Shown piece by piece: positions 18,706-30,448 of a stretch of DNA of 64,000 nt. The notes under the pieces are model-generated. The model was given only the letters and a program-made list of their open reading frames with translations, was not told the DNA's origin and made no database searches. Both the position numbers and the translations under genes were made by a program. Origin of the DNA: Ostrea edulis (Eukaryota); NCBI RefSeq assembly GCF_947568905.1, contig NC_079171.1, positions 44,826,001 through 44,890,000 on the forward strand. Direction: 5' to 3'. The first letter of the stretch is position 1. Every line of letters starts with the position of its first letter.

Positions 18706-19640
18706 TTTTCCTTCAAGGAAAGGAAAAAGTGTTCCCATATTTGTATTGTATGATTTATCAAAAGAGTGTTTTTAAACTGTTGTGGAAAAAAATGTATGTA
18801 GATGTTATTTTTCTGCAGTTGTACTGAAGTGACAGCGGTGTAATTTCATTTTAGAATTGTGGGAGGACTGTTTTTAGGTTTTTTGTTAAAGCAAATCATT
18901 TCATGTTTGATGAAGTAATACTTATTATGAAGGTAATATATATCTTGCAGTTTTTGAAAAGCGTATTTGCAAATGATTTTAGAAAAAAAATCATGTGACA
19001 GGTCTAATTCCAATTTAGTGTACCAGAATACCGGTAACTGTTGGAAGTCTTCTTTGTATACAACCATTTAATAGGTATTTTACATACACTACCTTGTTGA
19101 CTGAAATAGAGATTGGTGAAAGTGGAGATTTTTATTTTTCCTTGAAGAAAAGGAAAGGGAAATCACTCCCATATTTGTATTGTATGATTTATCAAGTGAG
19201 TGTTTTTAAACTGTTGTGGAAAAAAATGTAGATGTCATTTTTTCTGCAGTTGTACTGAAGTGACAGAGGTGTAATTTCATTTTAGAATTGTGGGAGGACT
19301 GTTTTTAGGTTTTTTGTAAAAGCAAATCATTTCATATTTGATGAAGTGATACTTGTTATGAAGGGAATAGATATCTTGCAGTTTTTGAAAAGCGTATTTG
19401 CAAATGATTTTAGAAAAAAAATTATGTGACAGGTCTAATTCCAATTTAGTGTACCAGAATAACTGTTGGAAGTCTTTTTTGTATACAACCATTTAATAGT
19501 TATTTTACACTACCTTGTTGTTTTTTTATTTTTCCTTGAAGAAAAGGAAAGGGAAATCACTCCCATTATATCTGATGATTTACCAAATGAGTGTTTTCAA
19601 AATGCTGGAAAAAATGAAGATGTATTTTTTCTGTAGTTTA
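18706..19640. repeat. ~430-bp AT-rich direct duplication (two copies plus a partial third)
   Basis: Block starting TTTTCCTT.AAG.AAAGG recurs at ~18706, ~19136 and ~19530; produces twin short ORFs 18846-19067 and 19277-19492. Confidence 0.85.
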
Positions 19641-20166
19641 GACAATTTTTTTTAATTATATGACGTGTTATTTTATTTTTGAAAAATTCTGAGATTACTG
19701 GTTTATGTATTTTTGTCAACAAAACATTTCATGTTTGATGTATTTTTGTCTACAAAGCATTTCATGTTTGTTGACAAGTATTTTTGTTATTAATTATTAA
19801 CTTGTGTGATTTATAAAAACGCCTGACACAAAAAAGTCTGGTTGTTTAACCCATATATATTTTTTAGATGCAACAAAAAATGTGATTTTAGCGATGTTTA
19901 ATTTTACTTTTTATATATGATTATACAAATGATTTGTTTTAAATCTACCTCATATTACCAATTAAAAGGTTTTTCAAAAGTTTGGAATTGATTTTTACTT
20001 GAATATCGGATGAAAGTGGGGAGATTGAGTTAAAAAAAATGTGAAATAGCATGCTCTCTTTCTTTTCTTAGAGATTGAACCTATTCAACTTCTTACTACA
20101 CTTCAGCATTAATTTTGAAAATAAGTATAAGTGTCCAGTAAATGTATACTTTTATTCATTTAGAAG

Positions 20167-23100
20167 ATGATGGATGGTAGCTTATTAAAAGAAATCTTGG
20201 ATTCCTTGGAGGATCCGGACTCTGTGCGGTTATTTGCAACGGCAAATGGTTTAGACGATGATGTTGAGGTTAAGGACCGATTACATGAACTCCAATGGGA
20301 AAAGCACATCGACAACTTGTGGCAAGAGGTTCTGTCTGATATGGAATCTCCTACCAAAAAAATCCGACCATCTCTCGAAGATGGTAATCAACCTTCTACA
20401 AGTGGGCAGGTTGGGGGTGGGGAAGAGTCTGAAGACCCATTAGAAAAACCCTATTTCATTTGGAAGAGAGACACTCGAACATTTAAGAAAAACTTGGCCC
20501 GCGACACCACGTTTAAGGTCAAATTTAACGAGCAGTGGAAGGGGGATAAATTGTTAGATATACATAACAAGTTGCACGATATGTTCGACGACCTGTTGTC
20601 AGAGGCCCGGGGTCACGATGCGGATCTGGGAAGGGTGGTCATCAGTCATTCGAGTTTAAACAATCCGATCGTCGTGCCGCTACAATCCTGGGAAAATCTG
20701 AATGCAGATGTCGTCCTGTCCGAGATCACCAAAGTACTTAATTCGAATGAAAGCTTGTCCGTGGACGAAAATCTGTTGATCACCATAGGGTCCATCGATT
20801 TGCCCAAAGGGGGAGGTAACCCTAGAAAATTACCCATCACGTCTCTCTTTGGTCCTAAAAATAGCGTAGAAAGAAAGAGATCGCTTTTTCACGTACAAAA
20901 TGATAACAACGTATGTATGGCCATTTCCATTGGTCTCTGTTACCTGAAAACGTGTGAAAAAGTAGATGCCGTTACGTGGACAAATTTAGTGGGGAAAGAT
21001 GCCGGAACAATGTTCGACCATATCATCAAGCACCGTACTGTTACTCGATCCTATTACAACAATATCTTGAAAACCTCGAGAAAAAAAATGCAAACGGAGT
21101 TGGCGATGTGGCTGTGTGAAAGAGCCGGAGTTCCTACTGACAGATATTTAGGTTTGAACGACATCGAACCATTCGAAACCTTACTTGGTGTCTGTATCAA
21201 CGTTGTGTCCTCAAGAGTAGGGAATAAATTTGTCAGGGTGACGGAGGACGAGGACAAGCCACGTCTGTATTTATATCACGTGGACACAGAAACTGAAAAA
21301 CACTGGCACGGGATTGCCAGCATACAAGGCTTTTTTAAGGCATCGTATTTTTGCCATACTTGTTTAAAACCGTATAATGATAAATCCAAACACACGTGTA
21401 CCACCTCGTGTGAGGTTTGCTTACATGACCACTGTCCAGAAACAAATGTCCAAATAGGTTGTCGAACCTGTGGACGGGTCTGTCGTTCCGTGGCGTGTTT
21501 TAAACGTCATAAAAAACAAAGAGTCGTCAAGAAAGAGAGTTATCCTCCTCCTTGCGAACTGTTTCACCAATGTAAAAAATGTAGGGTCATTCTACATTGC
21601 TGTAAACGCTCTCCCGACTTGCACGTTTGTCAAGAATGGCAGTGCCCTAACTGTCTAGAATATCAAATAGGAGAACATCATTGTTATCAAAAACCGTGTG
21701 GATGTGATTTAGAAAAAAGAGACAAAAAATTTATTTTCTACGATTTTGAGACGCGTCAAGAGGACATCTTTCATTGCGAGCAAGGGTATCGACCGTCTTG
21801 CATCAGATGCGACCAATGTGTCAAAAAAGAACGCCAGTGCGTAGACTGTAGACTCTGTCAGAACTGTCGTGATCCGTCCTGTGGTCTACAACAACACAAA
21901 GTCAACTTTGCCGTGCTGCAGACCACCTGTCACATATGTGAGAAAAGGGAACTGGTGGAGGGCGCCTCCTGTAGTTACTGCGGAACACGGTGTGAGCAAT
22001 GCTCCCGAACCCATAAAGGTGAATATGTGAACCCCCCTTGTCCCGACACTTGTGGAAAAAGGGAAGTGGTGTTTTCTGGCGACAACGCCGCCGAGCAGTT
22101 CTGTGCTTTCGTCACCAGTGAACATTGTAAAAATTCGATCTTGATTGCCCACAATGCCAAAAGTTTCGACTTGTATCCGGTTTTAGAAGTGCTCATAGAC
22201 CGTCACTCTATTCGACCTAGCAAGATCATTTACAACGGTTCTAAAATCATGTACATGCACATTGCGCACAAATTAAATTTGACTTTTGTGGATTCCCTCA
22301 ATTTCCTGCCCATGAAGCTTGCCAAAATACCAGATGCCTTCGGTCTACAGGAACTCTGTAAGGGATACTTTCCCCATTTATTTAATACTAAAGCCAATCA
22401 AAACTACGTGGGGCCGTATCCAGAGTTGAAGTACTACGGATACGATTTCATGTCGGCCGGGGAGCGGAAAAAGCTTGCCGAATGGCATGCAACGAAACGA
22501 GACGAAACCTTTAACTTTCGAGAAGAAATGTTGCAATATTGTCGCTCGGACGTTGATATATTGAGGCGGGGGTGTCTAGAATTTAGAAACTTGGTGATCA
22601 AGGTGACAACTCTAACAGAGGAAACGGTTCAAGCAAACGGAATCATCAAGTAAACGAGCTCGGGTGGAGTCGACCCCTTTGATTTTGTCACCATTGCAAG
22701 TGTCTGCATGGGGATATTCAAGTCGCTCTTTTTGAAGGGAAAAAGTAAAATAGAAATCACCAAAGATGGTGAATCGGATTTGTACGACATTCGTCATCAT
22801 AAGAGTTTAGAGGGGGTCCATCTCGGTGATTCTTGGACGTCTCTCGTCGATTTAAGAAAGGACGACAATGTACAGATAGGAAAACGACATTTCAAAAGTC
22901 CCGTGGCAGTAGTACCATCTCAAGGATACACGAAGCGCGACAATTACAGCAAAATTTCCATCCAGTGGCTGGAGTGGTTGATGGAAAAAAGTCGTCAGCG
23001 GGGTAACCCCATTGTCATTTCCCACGCTCTCAACGGTGGTGAATTCCAAGTGCCAGGGACCAATTACAGATGTGACGGGTTTGTCAAGATTCCTGGCGGA

Positions 23101-24837
23101 AACGGAACCATTTATGAATTCTATGGTAAGAGCTTATTATTTTAACCTCTGCCCCCCCGTTTTCCCCCTAAACTGGAGGGGGGGGGGGCGGCGGCGGCGG
23201 CGTACCTGGACTTAATTACGAATGTATTGAGGATTGATATTGTTCATTTTGGTACAGGTTGTGTATTCCACGGTTGTCCCAACTGTTTCCCAGACGATAG
23301 GAATACCATCAAACACCCGTCTACCAATCAGACCATCAAAGAATTGTACGACATGACCAAACACAGAGAAAAGGAATTGAAAAATCTGGGATACAAATTG
23401 GTCATTGTGTGGGAGCATCAATTTAAATTTCAATTGGAGAAGAATGTAGCTTTGCAACAATTCGTGTCCACCCTAGATCTCCAAGACAGACTCGACCCAC
23501 GTGACAGTTTTTTCGGTGGTCGCACCAATGCCATCAAACTGCATTATAAAGCTGCAGAAGACGAAACAATCCAATATTTCGATTTTACCAGTCTCTATCC
23601 CTGGACCAACAAGTATTGTCGGTATCCCGTCGGCCATCCGACCATCATAACGGACGATTTTCAGGACTTGTCGCAATATTTTGGACTGGCTAAAATAAAA
23701 ATTCTCCCCCCTAGAAAACTTTATCATCCCGTACTTCCATACAATTCGAATGGAAAATTGAAGTTCCCACTTTGTAAAACGTGTGCAGACAGTGAAAATC
23801 AAAATGAATGTACATGCTCTGTTGAAGAGAGATCCATCACGGGCACGTGGTGTACTCCTGAAATTCAAATGGCAACGTCAAAAGGGTACGAAATCTTGAA
23901 AATCTATGAAGTTTATCATTTTGCCGAGTCGTGTGAGGGGGGATTATTCGCTCAGTATGTGAACATGTTTTTAAAAATAAAACAGGAGGCTTCCGGATTT
24001 CCGGCCGAATGCGACACGGAAGAGACCAAAAGAAAATACATTAGGGAATACAAAGAAAACGAAGGTATCCAATTAGAGTATGAAAAAATTAAAAAAAATC
24101 CCGGTTTGCGATGTTTAGCGAAACTTTGTCTGAATAGCTTTTGGGGGAAATTTGGTCAGAGGTTGGGCATGCAACAATCCGTGTTCATTCACGAATCGGA
24201 AGCCGAAAAATTTTTTCAAATGCTCTCAGATCCTACAAAAGTACCACACAACTTTCACATTGTTTCGAGAGACATTCTTCAATTAGAATGGAGTAACAAC
24301 CCCCTATTCGCGTCATTCGACAATAAAACTAATATATTCTTGGCCTCTTTTACCACCATGTGGGCTCGACTGAAATTGTATGGCGTTCTCGACAAATTAA
24401 ACGAGAACGTCTTGTATTTCGATACAGACAGTGTCATCTTCAAGACAAAAAAGTCGGACAACTTGAATTATCTCCCCATAGGTAATCACCTGGGAGAATT
24501 GACTAATGAAATCTCTCCACAAGACGGGTACATTGTCGAATTCGTTTCTGGGGGTCCTAAAAACTACGCTTACCGCACACTGTCGGGAAAAGAAGAATGC
24601 AAAGTTAGAGGGTTTACACTTAACTGGGCCAACTCGAAACTTATCAATTTCCAGGCTATCAAGTCGATAATCTGTACCTCACACGACCGACAAATTGAAA
24701 TTGTCAACCCTTGTAAAATATCGAGAGACAGCAGAAAGCGAAAATTGTTAAATAGGGTTGAAACTAAAAATTATAAGATGGTTTACACTAAAAGGAGAAT
24801 TCTTCCTAATTTAGACACGTTGCCATTTGGATTTTGA
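20167..24837 (+). CDS. polB: Protein-primed family B DNA polymerase (TP/vOTU-like N-terminus, exonuclease, polymerase); intron 23126-23257; in-frame TAA at 22651-22653
   Basis: ExoI FYDFET, ExoII AHNAKSFD, ExoIII YCRSDV; pol motifs YFDFTSLYP, KLCLNSFWGKFGQ, YFDTDS, GPKNYAY, YTKR. Splicing restores YEFY-GCVFHGCP; K*TSSGGVDPFDFVTIASVCM is in frame across the stop. Confidence 0.95.
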
Positions 24838-24933
24838 TTATAAAACGAAATATTTTGACGTTTTTGTTTTTTTTATTGAATGATAAATACACAAATAAAA
24901 TGATAAAAGACATTATTCGTTGTTATTACACTG

Positions 24934-25203
24934 TCAATATGTGAGCCAGGGTACGTTTTTCTTCTTCCGCCGAACATTGGAAATTCCAGGAGGTTTCCCA
25001 ACCTTCATCTTCTTAGCGACGTAACCTGTTCCAGTTTGTAACAAATTAGTTTTATCCACTAAGTCACTGGCAGTTTGTTCTTGACCTTCTGAGGATTGCT
25101 TCGAAGTTCGGTCGACTTCTCGGGATGACGTATCAGCAGGTTCTAATTTTTGAAGTAAACGTTCATATTTCAGTTTCGGTACAAGTATCATTTCCTTTGC
25201 CAT
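24934..25203 (-). CDS. Small conserved Polinton hypothetical protein
   Basis: MAKEMILVPKLKYERLL N-terminus typical of Polinton small ORFs next to the ATPase; basic C-terminus; convergent with PolB. Confidence 0.6.
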   Translation of the reverse strand: MAKEMILVPKLKYERLLQKLEPADTSSREVDRTSKQSSEGQEQTASDLVDKTNLLQTGTGYVAKKMKVGKPPGISNVRRKKKNVPWLTY

Positions 25204-25517
25204 TTTCCTTTGAAATGTTGAACAATGGGTTTAAGTAGAAGCGGCACTAAAGGAATGTTTTTCAATAGTATGCGACGTTTCTCTCGGTTGCTGACTTCTC
25301 TGGACCCCAAGGATCGAATGCATGATTCATAAGGTTTCAGTTGGTTTATATACTTTTTAGTCAGAGGATAAGTTCCGGTGTAAATATTAAGTGCTATTTC
25401 ACTGAGCACATCGTACTGTTCACTGTTCAAGGCTTTAACGATTACTTTTTGCTGGGCATTGTCTGCACAGACAAGAAACTTTAAAAAAGCCTCGTGTTTC
25501 TTCACCGTTTGCTTCAT
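25188..25517 (-). CDS. Conserved Polinton basic helical protein
   Basis: From ATG 25517: FLKFL...QQKVIV...LSEIALNIYTGTYPL....NQLK.Y...IRSL......KRRIL, the pattern commonly found beside the packaging ATPase. Confidence 0.7.
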   Translation of the reverse strand: MKQTVKKHEAFLKFLVCADNAQQKVIVKALNSEQYDVLSEIALNIYTGTYPLTKKYINQLKPYESCIRSLGSREVSNREKRRILLKNIPLVPLLLKPIVQHFKGKWQRK

Positions 25518-25555
25518 CTTTGAATAATGAGGCGAACACATCAAATCATACTTAT

Positions 25556-26239
25556 TTATAGAGGTTGGTAAATAATCATCTCTTCTCCCGGAAGAATGCG
25601 TGTTCTTAACTGATACTCTCTGTTCTGTGTAGGTTCCAGGCAAACATGTAAGTAACCGAAATTGGGTCGAGTCGCAGATTCATAGGCTGCTTTGAAAAAA
25701 GGAACTTGTCCTGGTAAGATCTGAGATCCAAAGGTGATGATCTGTCGGGAATCGCGGTAATTCTTAAACAAAATGACATTAAGACAATTCAGTGAAATGG
25801 TCCTGGCGTATTTTCCCGGCGGGTATAAGTTCTGAGACAACATCACGGTGGTCACGTTTCTATGATGAGATGTCACCGTGAATAGATGCACACAATCTTG
25901 TGATTGCGCAACTTGTAACATGAGATCATCCAGTACCACTATAGTGTGACTGACACCCTCTGTGTACTGCTCTATGTCTTCTTTTGAAGGCATTCCTTGA
26001 TGTAATGAAAGGTTTGGTATCGTCTGCTTCATTTCCTCAAACATGGGTTGATGTTCAGAATAAGCATAAATTATTCTATCAACAGGCATAGAGAACATGC
26101 CATTGGCGTTTTGTAAAAGTGTTTTAGTAAAATGCGTTTTACCGCTTTGTGTACTTCCACATATCAGAATAGTGGAAGGTGCCGAAAACGGAAGCAAGGA
26201 ACGAGTGTTCCACCAATCGTTTATGTTCTCTGTTGCCAT
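25556..26239 (-). CDS. A32/FtsK-like genome packaging ATPase
   Basis: Walker A GSTQSGKT, Walker B IVVLDD, SHHRNVT and SQNLY motifs; 227 aa. Confidence 0.95.
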   Translation of the reverse strand: MATENINDWWNTRSLLPFSAPSTILICGSTQSGKTHFTKTLLQNANGMFSMPVDRIIYAYSEHQPMFEEMKQTIPNLSLHQGMPSKEDIEQYTEGVSHTIVVLDDLMLQVAQSQDCVHLFTVTSHHRNVTTVMLSQNLYPPGKYARTISLNCLNVILFKNYRDSRQIITFGSQILPGQVPFFKAAYESATRPNFGYLHVCLEPTQNREYQLRTRILPGEEMIIYQPL

Positions 26240-26348
26240 GTTCCTCGGTAGCCAGGCTTCCTCATACTGAAGTCCAGCGTAATGCTACGCGCACATATAT
26301 ATATATTAACAAACTTATTCAATGACAGTATAAAAATAACTTCTCTAT

Positions 26349-26831
26349 CTATGTTTCATGATTAATTTTAATGACAGAATAATCATACATAAAACGTTTC
26401 ACAAAATCATCATTGGATTGAATGTCTTTAGAAAATAAAGCATACACATCATTTATCGAGTTTTTGAAACACAATCTTGCAATTAAAAATACTAATACAT
26501 AAAGTCCACACAAATCGGAATTACGAGGCTGTAGTCGTATAGACTTGAAATTACATTGTACACTGCTCATCCTCAAAAAGTTTTGAATGTCTTGATTGTA
26601 ATGAGTTGGTGATTTCCCAAGGCTGTCGAAAAACTCTGCTTGGGATGGACTTCGCACGATTATTGCCACCCAATGTTCTCCAGGCATTGGTAAAGGTTGT
26701 GTATTGACGATGAAGGCACTCGGATACCTTGTAACGATTTGGGGTAATGTGTTACTAGCAAATACACCTTTCACATAGCATCTTAAGCAGGGGTCCGTTT
26801 TCACCATATTTAGCAACTGTGTCGAATTCAT
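26349..26831 (-). CDS. Adenain-like (C5) cysteine protease
   Basis: GVFASNTLP, FIVNT...PGEHWV, EFFDSLG, LQ....DLCGLY. Confidence 0.95.
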   Translation of the reverse strand: MNSTQLLNMVKTDPCLRCYVKGVFASNTLPQIVTRYPSAFIVNTQPLPMPGEHWVAIIVRSPSQAEFFDSLGKSPTHYNQDIQNFLRMSSVQCNFKSIRLQPRNSDLCGLYVLVFLIARLCFKNSINDVYALFSKDIQSNDDFVKRFMYDYSVIKINHET

Positions 26832-28144
26832 GGTTGAATGTAGTTGATATCACGTGATTTGTCGACTTCCAGTAGAGATGAAAAGGTAGCAAATACAATT
26901 GCGTTAGCAGCTTTAGTTGTTGCTTGTTTAAATTTCAGTTCCAGTCTGGTGTTTCCCCGACGAATCAGATTTAAATACTCTTCTCCAAATCCACAGGAAT
27001 CAATAGTGAAAACAAACAGCGAATATCCACTTCCAAAATTATCACGAGTGATGATCAGTCCGGCATCATTGTTCCATTTTCCCGAGGCTTCAAACAAACG
27101 AGCGTAAGCTGCTGAATACAGTCCCGCTGAGAAGTCTGTTTTGAGCGGTCTACCGGGTACACTTTCTCCGTTAACGTATATTCCGACGTCTGTTAACCCC
27201 ATATGCTCAAAGTTAAAGGGGTTAGCGGTGTAGTCCCCATTGACGGCTTTCTGGTCCACCAAGGCCACCACGATGCGATCGGGGACCGCTTGAGGAAAAA
27301 TGTTGTCCCAGTAAAACTCTGTGGATCCTTTAGGAATAGTATTCATTTTCAATTCATTTCGCATGATAGTATACTTCACGGGGGTTGCTTCTATCTGTTT
27401 ACTATGGTTCAGTAGAACGCCGGGGTCTACTCGCACTTTGGCTACTTTGTACACAACGTCCAGTAACTCTAATTTGAAAGCTGGTGAAGATTCAGCCGAC
27501 ATAATGACAAACGGGGCACTGGATCTAAAGAGTTTGATGTAAATGTCTACCCCGTTTATCAAATATTTATCTATATCAAAGACATCTTCCATCAGGTTTC
27601 CTTCCAACTCAAAGACTGCACTTTGCTGAGTGTATCCATACCGCAGGACCAGTCCAGCATTCCCCCCATTGTATGCATTGGCGTCACTCAGGTTTCCCTC
27701 TTCTTTAAAAAACAGCTCGGATTGTTTCTGTGAACTAAGTTCGTCTCTCCCGCTGAATAAAATTGTCTTGAAATAGGCCTTCCACGGATAGTTGTTTGTG
27801 TTGAAAGAAACTAATTTGTTGTTCAAGTAGACATCCATCTGGGAAAACATACTTTGAAGTGGTAAATTTACAATGCCCGTTTTTTCATTTTCTGCCAGCG
27901 CCGTTCCATCTGCTTTCAAAATTCGGGCTTTCACATACAATTTACTCCTTTTTAAATCAATGTATTCTGCCCCCGAACCAGATACTACGATTTCGATTGG
28001 TGTATCGGATACTCCTATGCTAGAAATCGGTCTTGCTTCTGTAAAGTACACTTTTTCGACCGCTACCTGATTTGTTGGAGACGCAAAAAGAGACAGTTCC
28101 ATAGGTTGAGCTATGTCTTTATTATCACTGCTTAAAAAGGCCAT
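26828..28144 (-). CDS. Polinton major capsid protein
   Basis: ELSLF..P.NQ, PIEIVV...YIDLKRSKL, SMFSQMDVYLN, YPWKAYFKTIL, NPFNFEH, RRGNTRLELKF; 438 aa. Confidence 0.95.
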   Translation of the reverse strand: MAFLSSDNKDIAQPMELSLFASPTNQVAVEKVYFTEARPISSIGVSDTPIEIVVSGSGAEYIDLKRSKLYVKARILKADGTALAENEKTGIVNLPLQSMFSQMDVYLNNKLVSFNTNNYPWKAYFKTILFSGRDELSSQKQSELFFKEEGNLSDANAYNGGNAGLVLRYGYTQQSAVFELEGNLMEDVFDIDKYLINGVDIYIKLFRSSAPFVIMSAESSPAFKLELLDVVYKVAKVRVDPGVLLNHSKQIEATPVKYTIMRNELKMNTIPKGSTEFYWDNIFPQAVPDRIVVALVDQKAVNGDYTANPFNFEHMGLTDVGIYVNGESVPGRPLKTDFSAGLYSAAYARLFEASGKWNNDAGLIITRDNFGSGYSLFVFTIDSCGFGEEYLNLIRRGNTRLELKFKQATTKAANAIVFATFSSLLEVDKSRDINYIQP

Positions 28145-28146
28145 TT

Positions 28147-28662
28147 CTACTGTTTAAAGATACTCCTGTAACTGTCAATCTTAAACTCTTTCTTCTTTCT
28201 CGATTGTGTTTTCTTGCCTGGTGCTCCTCGCTTTTTCTTAATTGTCTTCTGTGTCGTTTTTCCTGACTTTTTTCGTTGTTTTGCAGGCTTAGACGACTTC
28301 TTCCTTTGAGATGTTGTTCGTTTCGATTTCTTGGAAGGAATGACAGACGATTGAGAACGTGGCCTTTTTATACTCCCCTGCACCTTGACGAATGGAACAC
28401 CCTCTTTGACATCCTTGGCATGTTCGATCTTAGCTCTTTCCTCCACCGCAGTCACTGGGGTCATTTGAGTGCTGGTTTGTTGTACTGATTCTAATTGTGA
28501 GTGAGGTCTCAATGGAATGACATAAGACTTATAACTTTTCACACCTCTTCCAATTTGTTTAGGCTTGTATCTATAAGGGTTGAACTTTTTCTCTGCCATG
28601 TTCTTGTAAAAGATTTCCCACATTCTGGGATCACTGACGTAAGTTTGGCTATTCATCTTCAC
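28147..28662 (-). CDS. Basic core-like protein
   Basis: KQIGRG motif and very K/R-rich C-terminal half; located between penton and MCP. Confidence 0.65.
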   Translation of the reverse strand: MKMNSQTYVSDPRMWEIFYKNMAEKKFNPYRYKPKQIGRGVKSYKSYVIPLRPHSQLESVQQTSTQMTPVTAVEERAKIEHAKDVKEGVPFVKVQGSIKRPRSQSSVIPSKKSKRTTSQRKKSSKPAKQRKKSGKTTQKTIKKKRGAPGKKTQSRKKKEFKIDSYRSIFKQ

Positions 28663-29150
28663 AGAACGTAAGGAAACTTCTTGAAATGAAGTGTTACGGT
28701 CACCGGTCCGTCTAAGAATGACACTAAGTTTCCTTCTCTGTCTGTTATATATATGCCAATCTGCTGCAATTGGCCGATTTTTACTGGAATGTAATACGGT
28801 AGTGGGTAAGTGATATTTTCTGGTTTCTTCCCCAGGTATATGCGTCTTAGGAGAGGTGCTTCTTTTCCACCAATAAGAGTTTCTTCACAAATATCACAAC
28901 ACACAAACAACTCAGATTCTTTTTTGGATGTAATCCAGCTTTCTGAGGAAAATTCTGTCAGGGCAACAGTCCAATATCCGTCGAATTGAATCTGTTTATT
29001 CAATTGAACTCGATAACAATTTGGTTTATTGTCAAAATAATCAGAACTGTCCGTAGACGTCAACACCATCCGAACGCTCATTTTGAATGAACACATCTTG
29101 TAGAAATTAGTGACTTTTATTGCTTTTCCAGAGAGCTTTCTGGAATCCAA
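28659..29150 (-). CDS. Minor capsid (penton), compact form
   Basis: S.DSSDYF.N....YRVQL, GYWTVALTE, VCCDICE..IGG...PLLR, YIPV, VTLHFKK; true start probably near MVLTS. Confidence 0.85.
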   Translation of the reverse strand: MDSRKLSGKAIKVTNFYKMCSFKMSVRMVLTSTDSSDYFDNKPNCYRVQLNKQIQFDGYWTVALTEFSSESWITSKKESELFVCCDICEETLIGGKEAPLLRRIYLGKKPENITYPLPYYIPVKIGQLQQIGIYITDREGNLVSFLDGPVTVTLHFKKFPYVL

Positions 29151-30307
29151 GAATTGAATTTCTTAGGCCATCCTTCCCATTTTACAAATACTTCTTTGGT
29201 TTTTCCACGACGCCTCCTTTTAAGAATTTTTTCAACTCTATAGGCAACATCTTCAGACTTGACAACTTTTTGAAGCTCAGATTGGTAGAAGGTGCCTTCT
29301 ATAGGATCGTCTGCCAAATCTTGTACTTTGTATACAGGTATTTGACCCCTTTTGTATCTTTTAACGACTTTGAAAAATTCTTCTGTCCATTTCTGTTGAT
29401 AGTCTCTTTGAAAAGGGTGTTTAAGCTGTGATATCCTGACATTATCTCCAACTTTTAACTTGAAAAATGGTTTTACTCTTTTTTTCATTGTTTTCTTGGA
29501 TGTATGCTGGTTACCATTCTTTTTTCTCAGATCCGATTTTGGTTTTGTTCCCGCAAGATAAGCATCGAGTCTTATTTCATCAGCATTTCCCTGGTTGACA
29601 GTAAGGGGAGCATTGCCACCCAAAGATCTGTGAGGTCTGTTGTTGTAACTTTTCACCAAGTCTTGCAACACATTCACAAATCGGTAAGTTTTGTTTTTCA
29701 TGAAATAGCGATACATAAGGTTCTTCATGGTACGAATCACTCTCTCCGCATAATTTGCTTTGGTTTCATTTTGTGTGTATATCACGTTAATTCCTTCTTT
29801 TTTCAGAAACGTCTTTACCCAACGATTTTTGAATTCGCTACCTTTGTCTGTTCTAAGGGTGTGTGGTTTTCGTCCAGTTTGAAAAACTGATTTTAAACCA
29901 TCGATGATGTTTTGATGATGTTTATTTGTCAAGGGGACTATAAATAAATATCGACTAAATATGTCAATTAAAACCAATAAGAATTTGTAACCGTCGTTGT
30001 GAGATGCAATATTACTGACGTCGGCTAAGTCACCATCCCACATAGAGTCGATTGTGTTCACTATTACTTTAGAGCGCGGAAACGTCTTACGAATAGGCTT
30101 ATAAAGACTATATGAGTCTTCGTTGTTTAAAAATTGTCTTATTCTCCTTCTGCCAATCTTGTATTTGCCTTCCTGTTTAACGGCTTGATACAATTTTTCG
30201 GGACCAGCAAATGCTCCCGGTTTACCGGGAGTGTAGTAGAGATCCTTCAAGTAATCCGTGTAGTTTGACATACTGCGTTCCAATGATGATCCATCTTTGA
30301 TTATCAC
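29117..30307 (-). CDS. int: Retroviral-type (rve) DDE integrase with C-terminal chromodomain
   Basis: WDGDLAD, LVLIDIFSRY, RTDKGSEF, AERVIRT, YNNRPH; chromodomain YRVEKILK....VFVKWEGWP..FNSWIP. Confidence 0.96.
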   Translation of the reverse strand: MIIKDGSSLERSMSNYTDYLKDLYYTPGKPGAFAGPEKLYQAVKQEGKYKIGRRRIRQFLNNEDSYSLYKPIRKTFPRSKVIVNTIDSMWDGDLADVSNIASHNDGYKFLLVLIDIFSRYLFIVPLTNKHHQNIIDGLKSVFQTGRKPHTLRTDKGSEFKNRWVKTFLKKEGINVIYTQNETKANYAERVIRTMKNLMYRYFMKNKTYRFVNVLQDLVKSYNNRPHRSLGGNAPLTVNQGNADEIRLDAYLAGTKPKSDLRKKNGNQHTSKKTMKKRVKPFFKLKVGDNVRISQLKHPFQRDYQQKWTEEFFKVVKRYKRGQIPVYKVQDLADDPIEGTFYQSELQKVVKSEDVAYRVEKILKRRRRGKTKEVFVKWEGWPKKFNSWIPESSLEKQ

Positions 30308-30448
30308 CTTTTATATTCAAGTAACAAACCAATTAAGACAGGCAACTAATTACTATTCATTTTTATTAGATTTCGAATGAAAAACAAACATGTGTATATA
30401 TAATTATTCTCATCATTAATTTTGAATTCAGTGTTCATGGTCATTAGG

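Noticed and set aside
18846-19492. Twin 71-73-aa minus-strand ORFs
   Set aside because: Products of the 430-bp duplication, with no splice or promoter support and no motif.
22585-22710. Intron removing the PolB TAA
   Set aside because: The only plausible donor (AAG|GTGAC) and nearby AG do not skip the stop, and the frame is already continuous.
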